From Candidatus Obscuribacteraceae bacterium (GTDB taxonomy: Bacteria; Cyanobacteriota; Vampirovibrionia; Obscuribacterales; Obscuribacteraceae): a DNA stretch of 64,000 nt. Position numbers and translations under genes: made by a program. Each line of letters begins with the position of its first letter. The first letter of the stretch is position 1. The stretch is taken from the NCBI GenBank assembly GCA_044226015.1, contig JBGAHS010000001.1:32001-96000 (forward strand), given 5' to 3'. The notes under the pieces were generated by a model. The model worked only from the letters and a program-made list of their open reading frames with translations. It had not been told where the DNA came from and did not search any database. Below are positions 59,801 through 64,000 of this stretch, in pieces.

Positions 59801-61123
59801 TTGAAAACTGTGAAAAAGTGGTCAAATCATTGTTTTGCGCTTGCTGTTGTATTTCTTGCAGCGCAGCCAGTATTAAGCGCAACGGCTCCAACGCCCTTTA
59901 TTGGAACTGCTGGAGAAATGCTCTCTCCGAAAACGGTCACTATGGGAGTTAAGGCTTCCATTGGGAACTCTATCCACTTTACAACCGACGGAAGTACGCC
60001 TAACGGAGCTAGCACAACCTATCTCAATCCATTCACAGTAACAACTTCTACAACGTTAAAAGCCATTTCCATCGACGGCTCGCCCAATCCCGTAGCTACA
60101 TTGTACATCGATCTGCCGTCAGTGTATCTGGATGCCGAAGAAGGCATTGTTCCAGCTACTGGAAATCCCAACCCAGTGATTGTTTGGACTGACCAATCAG
60201 GAAATTCTAATAGTGCAAGTGCCATTAGCGGACAAGATCCAAAGTTACTTCCAAATTCAATCAATGACTTAGCCGCAATTGAATTCTCGGGACAATATTT
60301 CAACCTTCCTGCTGGTTTTGCTGATTTCACAAAAGGCGTAAGCATATTCATAGTCGCTAAGACTGCCTCCTTGACCGCTGGAGCTACTTTGCTCGATATC
60401 GGCAATGGCAGCAGCGGAAATAACATAAAAGTGCGGATTTCGAATACGGGTTCTAAAGCTGAGTTCGATGTCTATAGTGGTACCACCAGCAGTGCCGCGC
60501 AATCAGCCAGTGCTCTCAGTACCAGTGAGTACACTCTAATTGAAGCTGTGCTTGTTCCGAATGTCTCGGGAACTGATGCGACCGGAACTATCTATGTAAA
60601 TGGGCAGGCTGGAACGCCAGTCACAAACATGTTTTTAGCAGCAAATACAAGTAGGTCTATTAATACAATAGGTGCTGCTGCTGCTGGGTCCAGTCCGTAC
60701 AGCGGAAAGATCGCAGAGCTGCTTATTTTTCCAAACGCTATAAATAATCGACAAGATGTCGAGGCAGTTCTGCTGCAAAAATTTGATTTATTGCGTCAAC
60801 AGCCTCCCACACCACAGATCAGCGTTGCGGGAGGAAATAAGAACGGTCCAACGCAAGTCGTTATAAGTTCGGCAGATGACACATCCGTCCTTCACGTGAC
60901 CACCGACGGAACGACGCCGAACGCCTCCTCTCCCATTTTCAATGGCTGCCCTATTCTCATTAACTACACCACGACGCTGAAAGCTATCGCAGTAAAGAAT
61001 GGAATTTCCAGCAGCGTTGCTTCCGAAACCTATACCCTCAACGCCGACCAATGCCCGACTCCGAGCCCATCGGATATGGTTGCGCCCACAATAAATTTAA
61101 CCGTGCCTGTTCAAAGTCAATAA
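59801..61123 (+). CDS. Secreted protein with two chitobiase/Fn3-associated (CHB_HEX_C-like) modules flanking a LamG-like domain
   Basis: IHFTTDGSTP...TTLKAI and LHVTTDGTTP...TTLKAIA; WTDQSGN...YSGKIAELLIF; GAGGT RBS and TTG start. Confidence 0.75.
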   Translation: MKTVKKWSNHCFALAVVFLAAQPVLSATAPTPFIGTAGEMLSPKTVTMGVKASIGNSIHFTTDGSTPNGASTTYLNPFTVTTSTTLKAISIDGSPNPVATLYIDLPSVYLDAEEGIVPATGNPNPVIVWTDQSGNSNSASAISGQDPKLLPNSINDLAAIEFSGQYFNLPAGFADFTKGVSIFIVAKTASLTAGATLLDIGNGSSGNNIKVRISNTGSKAEFDVYSGTTSSAAQSASALSTSEYTLIEAVLVPNVSGTDATGTIYVNGQAGTPVTNMFLAANTSRSINTIGAAAAGSSPYSGKIAELLIFPNAINNRQDVEAVLLQKFDLLRQQPPTPQISVAGGNKNGPTQVVISSADDTSVLHVTTDGTTPNASSPIFNGCPILINYTTTLKAIAVKNGISSSVASETYTLNADQCPTPSPSDMVAPTINLTVPVQSQ

Positions 61124-61139
61124 AAGCGAAGAAGAGAAA

Positions 61140-64000
61140 ATGAAATTTATCAGAATGAATAACCGCTCGCGTTCGGCACTATTGATGGTGCTCCTATTGC
61201 TTAGCATGGTGCCTTCGCAAATGGTTTTATCTGCGCCTGCTGAACGCATTTCAATAAAAAAGCAGCATGAGGCTAGCAACACTGCTAACCCACGCCCAAA
61301 AATTGAAATTGGCGACTCATCGCTTTCATTTCCTGCGTCCCCCACGGACAGTGATCTCATAAATTGCCACGTATTTTTGGAGCCATTAGCACCGTCTGAT
61401 CAAGATGTTAATCAAAAGGAAAACAAAGAGCTTGCGACCGCAATCCTGAAGTATCTAAAAAGGCAGAAATCAGAAGATGTATCTGCACTTACTTCATTCT
61501 TGCAGTCTAATCCTAAGTCACGATGGACGGCTTCTCTCGCGTTGAATGTTGCGCAAAAATTGTTTGATGCGGGTTATCTAAATGAAGCAGCCGATTACTG
61601 GGAAAAATCATGGAATCTGTCTAAAGATAAGAAAGATCCGGCGATGAAAATGGTTGCAAACTCAGCCGTATCGCATTTGGTGCAACTGGAAGCTCGCCTC
61701 GGGTTAGCGGAAAAGCTCGAAGAACATTTGAGATTAGCTTCTTCACGTGTAATGGCGGCGTCAGATATGTTGCGGCTAAAAGCTGCACAAGATGGACTCT
61801 GGACCATGAACCAAAATGAAGGCATTGCCTTCAAATGTGGTCCATATGGGCTAAAGTCCCTTGCACTTTCAAAAAGCCCTGGGCTGCAAACCACTCGCTC
61901 ACCTGAAGAAGTTGATCAAATAATCAAAACCGCAGATTCCACGAAGCGTGGAACAAATCTAGAGCAGTTGAAAGATCTTGCTCGTAAATTGGATTTGGAC
62001 CTTTCACCTGTTAAGCGTAAGTCCGGATCTCAGATTCCAGTTCCTAGCCTCGTGCATTGGTCCAAAGGACACTTTGCTGCCATTCTCGAAGAGTCCAATG
62101 GTTTTTACAAAATCGAAGATCCTACTTTCGATTCTGACGGAACAAAATGGGTGAGCGCAGCTGCTCTTAATGCTGAGAGCGATGGCTATTTCATGATTCC
62201 TTCTGACAAAGTGGGCGCAAACTGGATTACGCTCGACGATAGCGAAGCAAGAAATGTTTGGGGAAAAGGTTATGCCGCGCTTCCTCAACAATTCAAAACT
62301 CCTTATTGCCCAAAAACACCTTGCGCTGGTGGTAATTGCAAGCCCAAGGGAGGATCTGGAGGAGGACCTGATTCGTGTGGTATGCCTGTAGCGTCAGCGT
62401 TTTCAATGAATGCCACCTTGAACATCGTGGATACGCCATTGACGTATTCGCCACCAGTAGGGCCTGAAATGGGGGTAGTTGTAAATTACAACTACAATGA
62501 GGGACAACAACCATCAACGTTTTCTTTCACCAACCTGGGGCATAACTGGAGCCTGAACTGGCTCTCTTACCTTACCATTGATAGCACAGACCCAATCCAC
62601 CGGATAGTTAACGTACGCGTCCGTGGTGGAGGTTATGAGACATACAAGGAGGCATTCAACCACGATGCTTATTCACTGGCGATCATTGCAGAAGTCAACA
62701 ACGCTGGCGTGATTAGTTGGGAGCGACGGATGCCGGACGGAAGTGTCGAGAAATACGAAAGAAAAAATGCAGCAGGCGACACATTCTTTCTAACGCAAGT
62801 ACTCGACCCGCAAGGTAAAGCTGCAGTTTTAGCCTATTCTTCAAACACTGTGACTGACCCAGGCTATTTCCGCCTGGCTTCGATAACAGACGCTTGCGGC
62901 AACTCTCCAATGACTGTTGCGTATGACTCAAACATCTCAACAGACCCTGGCTATTACAAGGTAACCGGGGTGACAGATGGCTTTGGTCGCTCAGCGAGTT
63001 TTGCTTATAGCGCAGATAAGAGCCAGTTGTTGAGCATGACGGATGCAGTTGGTAACCAATCTAGCTTTCGCTATCAGACGGATACGGACTCGACTTTCAT
63101 CAATCTCATGGTGTCACCGTACGGCAGTACGCAATTCTATCGCTACACTCCTGGAGGTGATACCGACACTGTTCCAGAAGGACTAAAATTCACATTGCCA
63201 GACGGAACAAGCACTCGCATCGAAAATTGGTTGAGTTCTATCAAACAAACTTACTTCTGGGATAGAGAAGCCTCTGAAATGTATCCCAACGATGCGTTCA
63301 ACAATGTGTACACACATTGTCAGACCACAAGATGGCTTTTTATTTCGAATTCTATAGAGTCTTCAATCCCTAGCTGGACTAGGAAGCCATTGGAAGCCCC
63401 CGTGAACTATTACAGCGTTGGACAAAGTGGGCAGAATGCAACTTCGGCTGGCGGTCTTACGCGATATCAGCAGATTGCCCAGCAGCTGGTGCCAATAAAA
63501 AATAGTATCACTGTTGGTGGCACCGTTACCGCGGGTAATCTAATCAAGGTTCAAATTCGTGATTTAGGACTTATTGATTCAGGAGACATTGTTCTCTCGT
63601 ACCAGGTCGTCTCTGGCGATACTATTTCTACTATCGCCGCCGGGCTTGCACAGAGTTTCAACAATGATCGGTATTGCCAGGGATATGGCATAACAGCGGC
63701 TGCAGTGGGGAACGTGATAACAGTAACTTCTCTTACTGCCAATGATTTTGACAGTAGCAAATTTGCAAATTTATCGGGTTCAATAACAGAGACCTTAACT
63801 TTTGCGTCTGGAACCAACCGGGTTCAGAACTTCAGTTTCAGCGGCACTCCTACTGCAGGACAGGTGTATGCAATTACTGTTACGGATTCCAGCCTGCCTG
63901 GTGGCTCTCAAACAGTGAGTTATACAGTTCAGGCTGGCGATAGCAATTCAGATATCGCGCAAGCACTTTCACTTGCAGTAAACGCAAATACGAACCTGCA
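61140..64000 (+). CDS. Large Rhs/YD-repeat protein with signal peptide, TPR-like region and C39-like cysteine peptidase domain (partial, runs off the window)
   Basis: Translated by hand, no stop seen in the segments read, and absent from the ORF track, consistent with no in-window stop: MKFIRMNNRSRSALLMVLLLLSMVP...; FKCGPYGL, VHWSKGHFAAI, IEDPTF; YD repeats LTQVLDPQG, LASITDACG, VTGVTDGFGR, LLSMTDAVGN. Confidence 0.88.
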   Translation, partial: MKFIRMNNRSRSALLMVLLLLSMVPSQMVLSAPAERISIKKQHEASNTANPRPKIEIGDSSLSFPASPTDSDLINCHVFLEPLAPSDQDVNQKENKELATAILKYLKRQKSEDVSALTSFLQSNPKSRWTASLALNVAQKLFDAGYLNEAADYWEKSWNLSKDKKDPAMKMVANSAVSHLVQLEARLGLAEKLEEHLRLASSRVMAASDMLRLKAAQDGLWTMNQNEGIAFKCGPYGLKSLALSKSPGLQTTRSPEEVDQIIKTADSTKRGTNLEQLKDLARKLDLDLSPVKRKSGSQIPVPSLVHWSKGHFAAILEESNGFYKIEDPTFDSDGTKWVSAAALNAESDGYFMIPSDKVGANWITLDDSEARNVWGKGYAALPQQFKTPYCPKTPCAGGNCKPKGGSGGGPDSCGMPVASAFSMNATLNIVDTPLTYSPPVGPEMGVVVNYNYNEGQQPSTFSFTNLGHNWSLNWLSYLTIDSTDPIHRIVNVRVRGGGYETYKEAFNHDAYSLAIIAEVNNAGVISWERRMPDGSVEKYERKNAAGDTFFLTQVLDPQGKAAVLAYSSNTVTDPGYFRLASITDACGNSPMTVAYDSNISTDPGYYKVTGVTDGFGRSASFAYSADKSQLLSMTDAVGNQSSFRYQTDTDSTFINLMVSPYGSTQFYRYTPGGDTDTVPEGLKFTLPDGTSTRIENWLSSIKQTYFWDREASEMYPNDAFNNVYTHCQTTRWLFISNSIESSIPSWTRKPLEAPVNYYSVGQSGQNATSAGGLTRYQQIAQQLVPIKNSITVGGTVTAGNLIKVQIRDLGLIDSGDIVLSYQVVSGDTISTIAAGLAQSFNNDRYCQGYGITAAAVGNVITVTSLTANDFDSSKFANLSGSITETLTFASGTNRVQNFSFSGTPTAGQVYAITVTDSSLPGGSQTVSYTVQAGDSNSDIAQALSLAVNANTNL

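Noticed and set aside
61097..63817. Short minus-strand ORFs listed in the track
   Set aside because: They are antisense shadows of the long + strand Rhs frame starting at 61140.
58933..64000. Type VI secretion effector locus
   Set aside because: No VgrG, PAAR, Hcp or EagR-like sequence is recognised; all three proteins carry Sec-type signal peptides.
1..64000. tRNA, rRNA or IS transposase genes
   Set aside because: None was recognised by eye; a tRNAscan/ISEScan run would be needed to exclude them fully.

Overview
Bacterial chromosomal window. A cyanobacterial-like lepA, six eukaryote-like Ser/Thr kinases and many TPR proteins suggest a non-photosynthetic Melainabacteria/Obscuribacter-type organism (inference only). 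Positions 1-47.5 kb hold housekeeping and accessory genes: lepA, a homocysteine methyltransferase/MTHFR fusion, hemL, a CoA-disulfide reductase, sugar-nucleotide enzymes, DUF1800/DUF1501 and GH16. This part also has two unannotated multicopy small-RNA-like element families and a pair of putative effectors that share one N-terminal domain. Positions 47.6-64 kb are a polymorphic toxin locus. A large signal-peptide/C39-peptidase/Rhs gene starts at 61140 on the + strand, runs off the window and is missing from the ORF track. It follows two secreted-protein genes. Divergent from this operon is a tyrosine recombinase, followed directly by an array of five Rhs C-terminal toxin cassettes plus putative immunity genes. 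The cassettes lack ATG starts, their shared homology begins at the same nucleotide in a conserved dyad-containing site, and they lie inverted relative to the large Rhs gene. The main hypothesis is a recombinase-driven, shufflon-like toxin-tip switching system. Product names rest on motif recognition by eye; no database search was run.
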